Assembly (NCBI RefSeq): GCF_006345805.1
Contig: NC_043005.1
Span: forward strand, 100,440,001-100,504,000
Origin: Octopus sinensis
Lineage: Eukaryota
DNA length: 64,000 nt
Direction: 5' to 3'
Made by a program: the position numbers and the translations under genes. The notes under the pieces are model-generated. The model was not told the origin of the DNA, searched no databases, and worked only from the letters and a program-made list of their open reading frames with translations. Below are positions 23,867 through 37,235 of this stretch, piece by piece. Position 1 is the first letter of the stretch. Each line of letters starts with the position of its first letter.

Positions 23867-24300
23867 ATATATTCTATTATATATATATATATATATAGTA
23901 GTAACTATGGAAGATTGGTGGTATTATTATTTGTATGGGCTTAAAGATTGGTCACAATTTAGCATATAATTTAGTTATTGCAGGTTTACTATTGATACCA
24001 ATATGATGTACATTGGTTTATGTGTTTCTTTGTTGTAGTTTTATTAAAGTTAGTGTTTAATCCTGCCTATAAATTGATTGATTGAATGAATGTGGTTATT
24101 AAGCTTTCACTTTTATATTATTCTGTGGAAGATGGTAGGGATTATAATTTTTGTATGACTTAATGGATTCGTCGCTGTTTAGTTACATATTTAGAAGTTG
24201 GTTGTAATTTACTTATTGAATTTATTTTCCTATGTGGTTGTACATAGGGTAAATGTGTTTGAAAGATGTGGTTTCTTTGGCTTGTTTGTTCACAAGCAAC
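23600..24300 (-). pseudogene. Penelope-like element linker / GIY-YIG endonuclease fossil upstream of the hammerhead
   Basis: Broken motifs in the expected order: PY../HIGK, IFHR.NIKV, HIG, LN.(S)EL...FLL, resembling PLE 'PPYS.NV.TNIGK', 'KIFNRNTVKVSY', 'YIG', 'LNKRSEL'. Heavily decayed. Confidence 0.4.
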
Positions 24301-24546
24301 ACTTATTTTAATGCTGTTGACAGCCCCGGATTGAGTGGTACTGCCCAGGTGTCGAAAACATAATGATATCTGTGGGGCAGCTGATGATGGAGATATGTTG
24401 CATTGTTGGTATGGCTGTTTTTGTATACATGGAATAGTATTATAACACATCCTCTTGATTATACACACACAGATATAAACACACACAACACACACACATA
24501 TACATATTTATATATATATATATATATATATATACATACATACATG

Positions 24547-24581
<35 letters not shown>

Positions 24582-24649
24582 ATACATACATACATACATA
24601 TATATGTCTATACATACGTACACACGCACACACACACACGTATATATAT

Positions 24650-25721
24650 ATATATATATATATAAAAGAGAGATTCTGTCTGTTTGTCTGTTGTCCCACA
24701 AAGTGAAACTAAAGCCAGACTCTCGAGGACTTTCTTTCTATGTCTCCTCTATTCTCTCTCCCCCTCTACATTCTCTGTCTGCCTGTCTGTTTCTTTGTCC
24801 TGCTTTCTCTCTCTCTCTCTTTTTCACTCACTAAAAGAACACACAAACAAGCTTTTGAAACTCAGTGAAGGGAGACTGCCAATTGATGAAGAAGAGATTC
24901 TTACACTCAATCCAGTATGTAATTCAACTCATTCCATTGATGATTCCTAATCTTCTTCATAATTACAACAATATGGATCCTGGCTCCAAAAAATGTTGCA
25001 GTGCAAAGCATTAATAATATGTTATTGAATAAACTTCCAGGAGAAATATTCACTTATAACTCAGTTGACAGTGTTGTTGATGATCAGGATAATGTTAACT
25101 ACCCTATCGAACTTTTGAACTCACGAGAACGACCAGGTCCAGCTCCTCATTGTCTTCAGCTGAAAAAAAGGGACTCCTATTATGCTATTGCATAATTTGT
25201 ATCAACCAAAATTATTCAATATTACAAGATTAATTGTGCACAAACTTATGAGGAACTGCATTGAGACAAATATTCTCAATGGTTGTGGTGAGACACTGTC
25301 TTCATTCCTCACATACCAGGTATACCATCTAAAGCCGCATTCCAATTTAAACAGTTGTAGTTTCCTATCCATGTTCCTTTTGCCACCAGCATTAATATAA
25401 GTCTGGGCCAAACACTAAAAGTTTCTGGACTGCAGCTTCAAGAACCATGCTTTTTACATGGCCAAATTTATGTAAGAGTATCATGCGTGGGAGCAAAAGC
25501 AAATCTTTTTGCATATGTACCCCGAGATAAAACAAAAAGAAATACATCGTTTATCAAGAAATATTCACTGTTAATGCAACATGAATCCTTCAATAACTTC
25601 ATTTACCATTACTATCATTACTTTCAAGAATGAGTGAATTATACATAGAATAATACTTTCAATGTAGCTCCCGATAAACAGTAAAAGTAATTGCCCAATC
25701 AACGACAGGTTTTACTGCTAG
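24650..25721 (+). mobile_element. internally deleted Helitron with PIF1-like helicase C-terminal pseudogene
   Basis: Frameshifted KLLKLSEGRLPIDEEE, INNMLLNKLPGEIFTYNSVDSVVDDQDNVNYPIELLNS..PGPAPHCLQLKK, MLLHNL.QPKL..TRL, IN.SLGQTL, PCFLHGQIYV..S. 5' TATATAAAA..(TGTC)n start; 3' hairpin remnant and CTAG|T at 25718-22. Confidence 0.88.
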
Positions 25722-26043
25722 TATATATATATATATACATATTAGAGGGAAACCACAATGTGGACACCTTTATGCTAGAAATAAATCTGCTATGGTCTTA
25801 CCACTAAGAAATGTTCTCAAGAAAAATTTAGCAAAACAACCAAAACATAATCGAGCAAGTTTCATTTTTTTTTTATATGCTTGACCACTGGTGTGAAATC
25901 GATGTTAATTAAATTAATATCTAATTTCTCACCCTCATTTTAAATTTATATATATATATGAGGGGAACCTACTTGGAATAAGAACTGACCTGGATTTTAA
26001 CACTTGTTCTGTCCATGCCAGCATAGCAAAATAGCTGAAAAAT

Positions 26044-26080
<37 letters not shown>

Positions 26081-26273
26081 AGTAGAGTACAACAAGTAAT
26101 CCATATGAAGTGATGATTGATGTAAACTTGGCCAGTTCCCAAATTATTGTTCTTTTCAATATTATTTGAAGCACATCCAACATACCTACCAAAATTTCAC
26201 AGTCTACACAACTAGTTTTTTAGATAGATGAAATGATTGTCTATAAAAAAACACCATCCACACATACACAAAC

Positions 26274-26318
<45 letters not shown>

Positions 26319-26607
26319 CACACACAGAGGAATTGAGAGCTAAATGTAGAGTGACTGTTTATTTTAAACATCAGATACATCATTTTAATTATTCATATTT
26401 GATGAGAGATCAATATAAGCATGCACAGACACATATATATATATATAATTTTTTTTTATTAATTAAGAATACCTGTTTGCCATGTACTTTGGTCCAGAAC
26501 TCTAAGACTTCAAGAACTCCTGTAGTAAACTTGGCAAATAAAATATGTTTCATATTCTCCACCTTATGTATTGAATTCTGTTTCTTCCATTTATAAAGAC
26601 AAATCTA

Positions 26608-26646
<39 letters not shown>

Positions 26647-26757
26647 GAAATAGAAAGATGAATAATCTTGTTGCAGATTAATCAAAAGTTTAACCGATAC
26701 CTTGGTAGCAAAAATCACAGCAGAAGACAGCACGGTTGGAGGTACAACCAATTCACT

Positions 26758-26812
<55 letters not shown>

Positions 26813-26921
26813 TATATGCACACACACATATATATATATGTATGTATATGTATGTGCATATATATATATGTGTGTGTATGTATATACATGTATATATATT
26901 TATATATATATATATATATAT

Positions 26922-27420
26922 ACGAGCAAAATACCCACTTCCCCCATCCAATGGATGGTGCTGAGTTGAGAAACACTGATTTAATCTAAATTTGAGACAC
27001 CAGCAAAAGAAGAAATAAAGATAGACTTTTTTTCTATTCCCAAGAAAAACGATTTTATTTACACAAATATGCAACCAAAGAGTTTAAAGTACCAGTAATG
27101 ATAAGGCTGTTGACTGGGATAACACAAACATGGTTTAAACAGTAAGCTGTGCAGGAAAGAAACGTGCCTTTAAGCAGTACAAAAACAACAAAAAATGGAA
27201 GTGCAGTTATGTACAGGTTGACGGAAGAAAAGCAGGACAAAAACGACTTTATCGATCACATTCTCACCTGGAATCGATTTTTGTAATTATTTCAAGACTT
27301 ATACACGCCCTGATACCATCGGTGTCTACTTATCAAATTTCAGCGCAATCGGATGGAGGATGCCCGAGATCCGAGAAGACATAGACAGACAGACAGACAG
27401 AACAGATTTTATATAAGAGA
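26922..27420 (-). mobile_element. non-autonomous Helitron-like element
   Basis: Minus strand starts A|TCTCTTATATAAAATCTGTTC(TGTC)n and ends GGGTATTTTGCTCG|T (decayed CTAG). Confidence 0.55.
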
Positions 27421-27773
27421 TACACACACACACACACACATATATATATAAATATATATATGTGTGTGTGTGTATATATATATTTTAAAATATATGTGTA
27501 TATATGTATATTTATATGTATGTATACCACTGAAAACTGTAATTAAAATTTCCAGCATATCCAGATTTTGAATGTGTTTTCTTAATTTACAAGTACTTTT
27601 ATGTCTTGTACTAATATTCTTCAAGTGAACAATGTTATCTTAGTAGTATCAATAAGAGATTACCGTTGCAACTGGTGAATTCTTGTAGCATTGCAGCTTG
27701 TGAATAACTTTAACATCATGGCATCAATAAGAAGATATTATTGCTGTACATATATGTGTAGTTATGTAGGTGT

Positions 27774-27931
27774 AGGAGTAGCTGTGTGGTAAGTAACTTG
27801 CTTACCAACCACATGGTTCCGGGTTCAGTCCCATTGCGTGGCACCTTGGGCAAGTGTCTTCTACTATAGCCTTGGGCTGACCGAAGCCTTGTGAGTGGAT
27901 TTGGTAGACGGAAACTGAAAGAAGCCCATCC

Positions 27932-27973
<42 letters not shown>

Positions 27974-28177
27974 TGTGTGTGTGTGTTTGTCTGTGTTTGT
28001 TCCCCCACCATCGCTTGACAACCGATGCTGGTGTGTTTACATCCCCGTGGAAAAGAGACCGATAGATTAAGTACTAGGCTTACAAAGAATAAGTCCTGGG
28101 GTCGATTTGCTTGACTAAAGGTGGTGCTCCAGCATGGCCAGAGTCAAATGACTGAAACAAGTAAAAGAGTAAAGAGT
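27774..28177 (+). mobile_element. SINE family A
   Basis: Full-length match. Confidence 0.85.
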
Positions 28178-28329
28178 ATATGAATAAAGCATTAATAGTA
28201 TTGGATGAAATATTGTGAAAAATGAAAATAACTGTTCTGTCCTCCATAGGAGAAGTGTTAATATTGCTCCACCAGCTGAAGAGAATTGGCCTGCAAGAGG
28301 CCTGTGCTGACTGTAAAACACCTGTACAG

Positions 28330-28509
28330 GTCCCATGTAAAAAGCACCCAGCGCACTCTGTGGAGTGGTCGGCATTAGGAAGAGCATCTAGCCAAAAAAA
28401 CCAAGCCAAATAAGACTGGAACTTGGTGCAGCCCTCTTGCTTGCCAGCTCTGATCAAACCAGCCAACCCATGCTAGCATGGAAAGCAGATATCAAATGAT
28501 GATGATGAT
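28330..28509 (+). mobile_element. RTE LINE 3' UTR
   Basis: GGCATTAGGAAGAGCATC...CATGCTAGCATGGAAAG..(GAT)n. Confidence 0.65.
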
Positions 28510-28559
28510 TAACATTGTTTTGAAGTATTTAAAGAAATATTTTTCCTTAATGGACCTCC

Positions 28560-29200
28560 TAACATCACTCTGTTTGTCTATTTTTCCCATAGAGATTTAC
28601 ATGGTGAGCTTCCATATCTGTTAGTAGTTGGAGTCTGTGATCACAGACGTAACTTGGCCTAAAAGAACACAACAGTTTCAAAATAATGTTGATGAAATTC
28701 ACCTGGCTGATGAGTTGAGCCTGATGATCCTTAATTTCAGATCCAGCAAAATTTCTATTTTGAAGTATTCATTATCTCGTTCCCTTACAGCATCGTGATT
28801 TTCCTTTGATTTGTGTATATTTGGGAATCTATAAACATTGCTAGCTTTTCTTTCCAGCCCAATTAGTTAACAGCATTTTGTTCCATTTGTTGCCACCAAT
28901 GGAGATTTCCAATGAGTTCCTGCATTGTAAGATGATCAATATTGCTTGGAATTTCGGGATAAAATATGTGACCATTTAATTGTTCTTCTGGAAGGCTCTG
29001 CTAGTATTCACGTCCATTTTCGCAATGTCTCTTCTTTAATCTCTTTGATTAGGGATAATCACCTGGTCTTCCTGCATCATTTTAAGGCTGACATTTCACT
29101 TTCAGTTGAATTTTGCATTGAAATTTTAGTTGTCAGGGGCAAAGTTGATAGAATGTTAATAGAGCTGTCAAGATGTGTATTTATTCCTCTGGGACGGATG
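28560..29200 (-). pseudogene. Penelope-like element reverse transcriptase fossil
   Basis: Minus strand NVYRFPNIHKSKENHDAVRERDNEYFKIEILLDLKLRII and FINIILKLLCSFRPSYVCD match the PLE RT motifs FYGLPKIHK...LK.RPIV and F.D.LLKPL....SY.RD. Stops and frameshifts present. Confidence 0.72.
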
Positions 29201-29494
29201 AAATTTGGTGTTCTAAACTACGGAATCATCATCATTGTCATTATCATCATAATCGTCTTTATCATCATCATCACCATCATCATCCTCATTATCATCTTTA
29301 TCAGCAAAACATCCAACTAATCTTAGCTTCTGAAAAAACTTTTGTAGCTTTCCTGTTAATTTATGACTCTTGATAAAGTGAAGATAAAAGTTTTAATCCA
29401 TTTTTTTAAGGCTTTAATTTTATCTTCCTCTAATTTTCTCTTTACTAAATTTATAATTTCAGATCTACTGTGCAATTAATTTGCCAATGCTTCT

Positions 29495-29716
29495 TATTTC
29501 TTTACTGCCCATAAGGGGCTGCACACAGAGGGGACAAACAAGGACAGACAAGCGGATTAAGTCGATTAGATCAATCCCAGTGCATAACTGATACTTATTT
29601 AATCGACCCCGAAAGGATGAAAGGCAAAATCGACCTCAGCAGAATCTGAACTCAGAATGTAGCGGCAGACGAAATACCACTAAACATTTCGCCCGGGGTG
29701 CTAACGTTTCTAACAG
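29495..29716 (-). mobile_element. SINE family C (tail type 1)
   Basis: Matches 21325-21546. Confidence 0.8.
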
Positions 29717-30069
29717 ATCGATGCCTTCTACTGGACAATGGTCCTTTTCCGGGGATGTTTTGCATAATGCTAAAAAGGTGAATTCTTTGTTTTTGTATCT
29801 ATTTTCTCTTTGGCTAAGTTTACTAACTCACTTATTGCCTCTTTGGAAAATCTGATTGTCTCTTCAACAAGATTTAAACATGCAAGGATTTTTGGAGGAA
29901 TATTTGAATCTGGTGGAATATTGGTTTCAAATTTTGGCACAAGGCCAGCAAGTTGGGGGAGGGGATAAATTGATTACATAGACCCCCAATACTCAACTGG
30001 TACTTATTTTATTGGACGAAAGGTAAAACTGACCTTGGCAGAATCACATGTAGTATTGTGTTGTATTAA

Positions 30070-30437
30070 AATTCTTTTCTACTTTAGGCACAAGGGGAGG
30101 GGGCCACTCAATTGGATTGACCTCAGTATGTAACAGGTACTTAATATATCAACCCCAAAAAGATGAAGGCAAAGTCGAACTCAGCAAAGACAGATGTAAT
30201 ACCTATTTCTTTACTATCCACAAGGGGCTAAACACAGAGAGGGCAAACAAGGACAGACAAACGGATTAAGTTGATTATATCGACTCCAGTGCATAACTGG
30301 TACTTAATTTATCGACCCCGAAAGGATGAAAGGCAAAGTCTACCTTGGCGGAATTTGAACTCAGAACGTAATGGCAGATGAAATACCACAAAGCATTTCA
30401 CCAGGCGCACTAACGATTCTGCCAGCTCGCCGCCTTT
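30070..30437 (-). mobile_element. nested SINE C pair: a tail-1 copy joined inside a tail-2 copy
   Basis: Tail-2 body at 30070-30203 stops at its internal AATACC, followed by a complete tail-1 copy. Confidence 0.7.
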
Positions 30438-31127
30438 AGAAAGCCCTGATGATGGTCCATATAAGAAGCACCCAGTACACTCTGTGGAGTGGTTGGCATT
30501 AGGAAGGGCATCCTGCTGTAAAAACCAAGCCAAAACAGACAATGGAAACTGGTGTGGCCTCTGACCATACCAGTTCCAGTTAAGGCCTGCAATTTTGATA
30601 CCATTGACCCAAGTACTTGAATAAACATTTATTTTACCAACACTTAATGGATTAGAGACAAAGTCGACCACAATAGAATTTGAACTCAGAATGTACACAA
30701 CTGGAACAACTACGGTGAAGCAATTTTCTCCAGTGTACTAACAATTGTGCTGATTCCCCATCCTTACATGTGAAAGTAAAAACAACAATGACAGAAACGT
30801 TTTGTAATACTGGCAGAGAGCAAAGACAGTTTAATGGATGGCTGGGGAGTGGTGTGAGAGACTGACTACACCAGAATAGAACATAAAGAGAGAAGGCAGT
30901 TTGGTATGTGAAGAGAGAGAGAGAGAGAGCGAGAATGGTGCAGCAGATTGCCCCCAACCCTAGAATCTTGGAAGGAAGAAAGGCAATATAGGCATGAAGG
31001 GATTCGGATTTAGAATATAAAGGAATATATAATGGATTTCTGTCAGTTTTGATGATGAGGATTGTTCAATCAACTGGATTACCTGCTCATTGAATTAGTG
31101 CTAAGTATATCATATATATATACATGC

Positions 31128-31251
<124 letters not shown>

Positions 31252-31409
31252 TACTTAGTGAAGAAACATGGCCAAGTGGATGGGGTGTTACACTCACAAT
31301 CACAAGCTGTTGGTTTTGATTTCCAGACCAATGGTACGTTGTGTTCTTGAACAAAATGCTTCATTTAACATTGTTCCAATCCAATCAGCTGTGAATGGGT
31401 GACCTCTAA

Positions 31410-31614
31410 CCCTTTAGCATTGAAACCGGCCATATCCAGCCAAAATATTCTGCCTCTTTTATGTTCAAACTGCCTAGATCTGGCCTCTCACGCCAACTCT
31501 GTAATGCCATTCTTAAAGTATAGAACCACATCATCAAAATTTAAAAGCTAAGATAGAATATGATTAATTCAAAACCATTTGGATACGTTTGAAAGAATTA
31601 CATTTGCTCAAGGG
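31410..31614. mobile_element. piggyBac-type MITE
   Basis: CTAA|CCCTTTAGCA ... TGCTCAAGGG|TTAA: 10-bp TIR and a TTAA-like TSD. Confidence 0.6.
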
Positions 31615-32057
31615 TTAAAGAATTGACTTTCTGTTCAGGGAGTATGTTGCCCCATTCACCTGATTAGTGGGAAGACATCTTTCAAAAGCTTCAAGCAATA
31701 CAAGAAAGCACACTGTAACCAGTGATGTATAACCACATTTGATAGTCTGGCCACTGCAGTGATGCAGTGATATACACTCAACATAATTCTCTGGCAGAAT
31801 CGGTGTGAAAGTGTGTATGACAAAGCTGCACTTTTTTTTGAGTTGAAGATACAATCCATTGAACAGGCTTCCATACAGTTTCCATCTACCAATTGGGTTG
31901 TGGTAAATGACACTTGCCCAAAATGCCATGCATGTGGGGTCCTGCCCAAGGCACTGTAATTGTGAACTGAGCTTCTTAACAATTAGGCCAGGCCTGTAAC
32001 CACTTAAGGAGCAAAACTGAAAAGATTGTGCCTGATGCTCTACCTCTTCTATTCTCT

Positions 32058-32099
<42 letters not shown>

Positions 32100-32101
<2 letters not shown>

Positions 32102-32279
32102 TTTCTACTGTCGGCACAAGGCTTCAAAATGCAGGGAGTACTCAACTATATTATTGATCCTGAAAGGATGAAAGGCAGAGACGACCTCAGTGGAATTTGA
32201 ACTCAGAACATGAAGACGGATGAAATACTGCTAAGCATTTCGCCCAGCATGTTAGTGAGTCTGCCAGCTTGCTGCCTTA
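32100..32279 (-). mobile_element. SINE family C (tail type 2, internally deleted)
   Basis: GAAAGGATGAAAGGCA...GAATTTGAACTCAG...GCCAGCTTGCTGCCTT. Confidence 0.65.
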
Positions 32280-32318
32280 ATAATAATGATGATGATGATA
32301 ATAATATATATATATATA

Positions 32319-32811
32319 TTCTTTTATTCTTTTACTTGTTTCAGTCATTTGACTCCAGCCATGCTGGAGCACCACCTTGAAGAGATTTAGTTGAAGAAAT
32401 CGACCTCAGCACTTATTCTTTGTAAGCTTAGTACTTATTCTATTGGACTCTTTTGCCAAACCGCTAAGTTACGGAAACATAAACACACCAGCACTGGTTG
32501 TGAAGTAGTGGCAAGGAGGACAAGCACAGACACACACATAAATATATACATACATGCATCATCATCATTATCATCGTTTAACATCCGTTTCCATGCTGGC
32601 ATGAGTTGAATGGTATGCATATATATATATATATCATCATCATCATTTAGCGTCCATTTTCCATGCTAGCATGGGTTGGACGGTTCAACTGGGGTCTGTG
32701 AAGCTGGAAGGCTTCATCAGGCCCAGTCAGATCTGGCAGTGTTTCTACAGCTGGATGCCCTTCCTAACGCCAACCACTCCGTGAGTGTAGTGGGTGCTTT
32801 TTACGTGCCAT

Positions 32812-32852
<41 letters not shown>

Positions 32853-33006
32853 CGATGGGCTTCTTTCAGTTTCTGTCTACCAAGTCCACTCACAAGGCTT
32901 TGGTCAACCTGAGGCTATAGTAGAAGACACTTGCTCAAGGTGCCATGCAGTGGGACTGAACCTGGAACCATGTGGTTGAGACTCAAACTTCTTACCACAC
33001 AGCCAT
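32319..33006 (-). mobile_element. SINE family A interrupted at its internal microsatellite by RTE 3' ends (32557-32810)
   Basis: A tail at 32319-32545, two RTE UTR fragments, then A head at 32850-33006. Confidence 0.7.
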
Positions 33007-33193
33007 GCATATGTATGCATGTATGCGTGTGTATATGTATGTATGAAATAGGTGCAGGCATGGCAGTTTGGTTAAGAAGCTCACTTTGCAGACACATTGT
33101 TCTGAGTTCAGTCCCACTGTGTGGTACCAGGGACCCCTGTCTAACCAATGCCATGTGAGTGAATTTTGTAGACAGAAACTGTGTGTATGTATT

Positions 33194-34088
33194 GTTGAGG
33201 CAAGTGAAAATCAAAATGAAATCAAAACAAATCAAATCAAATCAAATCAAAACAAATCAAAATAGATGAACATCAATGGAATTTGTATCTTTGTGTACCA
33301 GTGCCGGTGGCACACAAGAAAACCATCCGAACGTGGCCGTAGCCAGTACCGCACCGACTGGCCTCCGTGCTGTGGGCACGTAACAAACACCATCCGATCG
33401 TGGCCGTTCGCCAATCTCATCTGGCACCTGTGTCGGTGGCACATAAAAACACCATCCGAAGACCCGGCAAGACTAGTCAGGCCATAACCTGTGGCCCCTA
33501 CCTGGGACGTAGTCAGTCCACCTGTGCATACCTTCCTTCTTGTGACACTTGTGAAGACCTGTTGAGGCAAGTGAAAATCAAAACAAATCAAAATAGATGA
33601 ACATCAATGGAATTTGTATCTTTGTGGTACCAGTGCCGGTGGCAACGTGGCACACAACAAAACCATCCGAACGTGGCCGTAGCCAGTACCGCATCGACTG
33701 GCCTCCGTGCTGTGGGCACGTAACAAACACCATCCGATCATGGCCTTTGCCAGCCTCATCTGGCACCTGTGTCGGTGGCACATAAAAACACCATCCGAGC
33801 GTGGCCGTCTGCCAGCCTCGTCTGGCACCTGTGTCGGTGGCACATAAAAACACCATCCGAGCATGGCCGTTTGCCAGCCTCGTCTGGCACCTGTGTCGGT
33901 GGCACATAAAATCACCCACTACACTCTCGGAGTGGTTGGCATTAGGAAGGGCATCCAGCTGTAGAAACACTGCCAGATCTGACTGGACTGGTGCAGCTTT
34001 CGGGCTCCCCAGACCCCAGTTGAACCGTCCAACCCATGCTAGCATGGAAAGCGGACGTTAAATGATGATGATGATGATGATGATGATG
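33194..34088 (+). mobile_element. long RTE LINE 3' UTR with a ~367-bp duplication and a ~60-bp tandem array
   Basis: GTTGAGGCAAGTGAAAATC at 33194 and 33561; three units of CACCATCCGAGCGTGGCCG..GCCAGCCTCGTCTGGCACCTGTGTCGGTGGCACATAAAA; (GAT)n tail. Confidence 0.75.
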
Positions 34089-34124
34089 AAGATATATATA
34101 TATAATACACACACATCATATATA

Positions 34125-34155
<31 letters not shown>

Positions 34156-34294
34156 GAGATATATATACATATATAAACTATATAAATACATACATATATA
34201 TATTATAATACATAATAATATATAATATATAATATACATATATATATACATATATATATACATTATATATATACATACATATATATATACATAC

Positions 34295-34340
<46 letters not shown>

Positions 34341-34374
34341 GTATATATATACATACATATATATATGTATATGT

Positions 34375-34412
<38 letters not shown>

Positions 34413-34469
34413 TATACACACACATATATATAACAGTAGAATATATAAAGACACGTACGGCTATCTATG

Positions 34470-34528
34470 GGGTTACTCTGAGTTTCATGTCCATAATGCA
34501 TTTAACTTTACAGTACCTCTTCAGACCC
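34470..34528 (-). ncRNA. type I hammerhead ribozyme (second family)
   Basis: Minus strand GGGT-CTGAAGA-GGTACTGTAA...TTATGGACAT-GAAACTCAGAGTA-ACCC: intact core, 4-bp stem I, near-palindromic ACTC.GAGT stem III, GUA site, imperfect stem II. Confidence 0.62.
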
Positions 34529-34874
34529 TAGGCTTATGGCTTCTCTAGCAAGTGGCCTCTCTAGAAAATCTGGAGGGCGTGCTTGTGTTTCGGACTTATG
34601 ATTTACTGACGGTCGATATATTTGTATGTATTTATGTGTTTGCATGTTTGTATATATGTATGTGCATGTGTGTGTGTATGTCAGCCCCCATCATTTGATA
34701 ACAGGTTAGTTGGTGTACATCTCTAACTAAGCAGTTCAGCAAAAGCAACTGATAAAATAAGAACCAGATTATAGAGACTAAGTACTGGGGTGTATTTGTT
34801 TGATGCAACCCTTCAAAGTGGTACCCAGCAAGGTTGCAGTCCACTGAATGAAACAAATTAAATAAGATAGGTGT

Positions 34875-35040
34875 AGGAGTGGCTGCTTGGTAAGTAGCTT
34901 GCTTACTAACCACATGGTTCTGGGTTCAGTCCCACTGCATGGTACCTTGGGCAGGTGTCTTCTACTATGGCCTTGAGCTGACCAAAGCCTTGTGAATGGA
35001 TTTGGAAGACAGAAACTGAAAGAAGCCTGTCGTATATATT

Positions 35041-35081
<41 letters not shown>

Positions 35082-35282
35082 GTGTGTATATGTCTCCCCC
35101 TCACTATCACTTGACAACTGATGCTTGTGTGTTTAAGTCCCTGTAACATAGCAGTCTGGTAAAAGAGACCGATAGAATGAGTACTAAGGCTTACAAAGAA
35201 TGAGTCCTGAGGTTGACTTGGCTGACTAAAAGCAGTGCTCCAGCATGGCTGCAGTCAAATGACTGAAACAAATAAAAGAATA
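34875..35282 (+). mobile_element. SINE family A
   Basis: Full-length match. Confidence 0.8.
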
Positions 35283-35299
35283 AGAAAGATAAGAGATCT

Positions 35300-35603
35300 A
35301 CATCATCAGTCTTATGTCCTTTTTTCCATGTTTGCATGGGTCAGACAGAGTTTATTGAGGCAGATTTTCTACAGCTGGGTGCCCTTCCTGTCGCTAACCT
35401 TCCCCTGTTTCTACGTAAGGCAATATTTCCCCATGGCCAGATATGATGCTGCAGAATATTGGAAATGAACAACACTGCTTGTATAACAGTGACACTCATT
35501 TACAACTATCCATGTGATGTCATAACAATGGGGCTAAATACACTCTTGCACACACATACAAGCATACACACACATACACACACAGGTACATGCACATGCA
35601 CGT

Positions 35604-35643
<40 letters not shown>

Positions 35644-35810
35644 AGATTTGACGGGCTTCTTTCAGTTCCCATCTACCAAATTCTCTCACAAGGCTTCGGC
35701 CTGCCTGGGGTTGCACCAGAAGATGCTTGTCCAAGGTGCCACACATTGGGACTGAACCAAGAACCTCTGATCTGAGAAAAAAAACTTCTTACCACACAGC
35801 CATACCTGTG
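35300..35810 (-). mobile_element. SINE family G (A-like head and core, RTE-like 3' tail)
   Basis: Head shared with family A (35650-35810); tail contains the AGGAAGGGCA.CCAGCTGTAG and CATG..AACATGGAAAA motifs of the RTE UTR. Further copies at 39150-39537, 45286-45680 and 51090-51320. Confidence 0.65.
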
Positions 35811-35822
35811 CCTATCTATCTG

Positions 35823-35857
<35 letters not shown>

Positions 35858-37052
35858 ATACAATCATTTCATACAGTGTCTTATTGAGTTGGTCGTTTCA
35901 CTCCCCCCACCCATCCACATAGCTGTAGGATACCTCACAGCCAGAGCTACTGACTGCAAGAAACCTTTTGCTTTTAGCTTTCAAACATTACTTACAGCAC
36001 ACACACACAAATACACACACACAAATACAGGCACACACATACAAACACACACACACAAATACAGGCACACACATACAAACACACACACACAAATACAGGC
36101 ACACACATACAAACCACACACACACAAATACATACACATGAATATATGCACACACACACACACACACACATACATGCACATACCAGAACAACATACTCAA
36201 ACGGATGCGCACCTACATGTTCACATTTATATACACTTGCACACTCAAATAAAATATACACTCTACCGAACCAACAACCACACAAACACACAAAGAACAA
36301 GAATATAATTCTACAATTTTAAATTAAACTTAGCTTTTTATTCCTTTCTTTTTTAATTTTTTAAATTTTTCTTGCTTTTTTTTTATTTGTAAATTTATTT
36401 CTTTACTTGCAGTGAATATAATATGTCCAACTTCTGCAGCAACAACACCAGCAACAGCAACAATTTCTCTCCTCCTCCTCCTCTCTCCTCCTCCACCTCT
36501 CTCTCTATCTGACATTGCTGCTGCATCAGTAAATGCACCAACTACAGCAGGCGTAGCTATCCTGTTATTGCTGCTAACACTACTTCTGTCAGCAAATCTG
36601 AATTTATCAATGTTCAATAATAATAATGACGATGATGATGATGACGATGATGATGATGACGATGATGATGAAGATGATGGTGATGATGATGATGATAGTC
36701 AATTGTTAAAGTACAAAATAGGAGAGAGAGAGAGAGAGAGATAGTGAAGGAGAGAGAGAGAGAGGGGGGGACACACTCAGTGTTATTCGACTGGGTGTGT
36801 ATAGTCCTGACTTTCTGGCCACTCCTTAATTCTTATACTACCATCACCGCCACCACCGCTGCCTGCCGCTGTCAACTACTACCACCACTTTTCCTACTAC
36901 TACCACCCCTCTCGCTAATCATCACTGCCACTGTGACCACTACCACTAATACTACTATTACTACCACCACCACCACCACCACCATCACCATCACCAGCAA
37001 TATTGCCCTCTTTCCACTACAACTAATATGTGGATAACACTACCATTTCCAT

Positions 37053-37085
<33 letters not shown>

Positions 37086-37235
37086 ATGCCAGGAAATCAC
37101 CAATACTCTAACTAAGATGGAGCTTCTGCAAGGTTGCTCAACCCTCTAGAAATAGCAACCATCTCACATATCATACCGTCTTAAAAAATGGTTAAACTGA
37201 ATTGTCAGGACCTACCTGCATCATGATGTGGCCTC

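Noticed and set aside
24320-24395. Possible hammerhead in GCCCC..GAAAAC..GGGGC (second family copy at 58300-58390, opposite strand)
   Set aside because: Core reads CGGATTGA and stem III and the cleavage site cannot be drawn; kept only as a dispersed repeat.
33730-33912. CRISPR-like regular repeats
   Set aside because: The whole 60-bp unit repeats with no unique spacers, there are no cas genes, and the context is a eukaryotic RTE UTR.
36330-36744. Low-complexity ORFs on both strands with possible splice sites
   Set aside because: Built largely from CAG/CCT/GAT repeats, with no recognisable domain and no supporting neighbouring exons.
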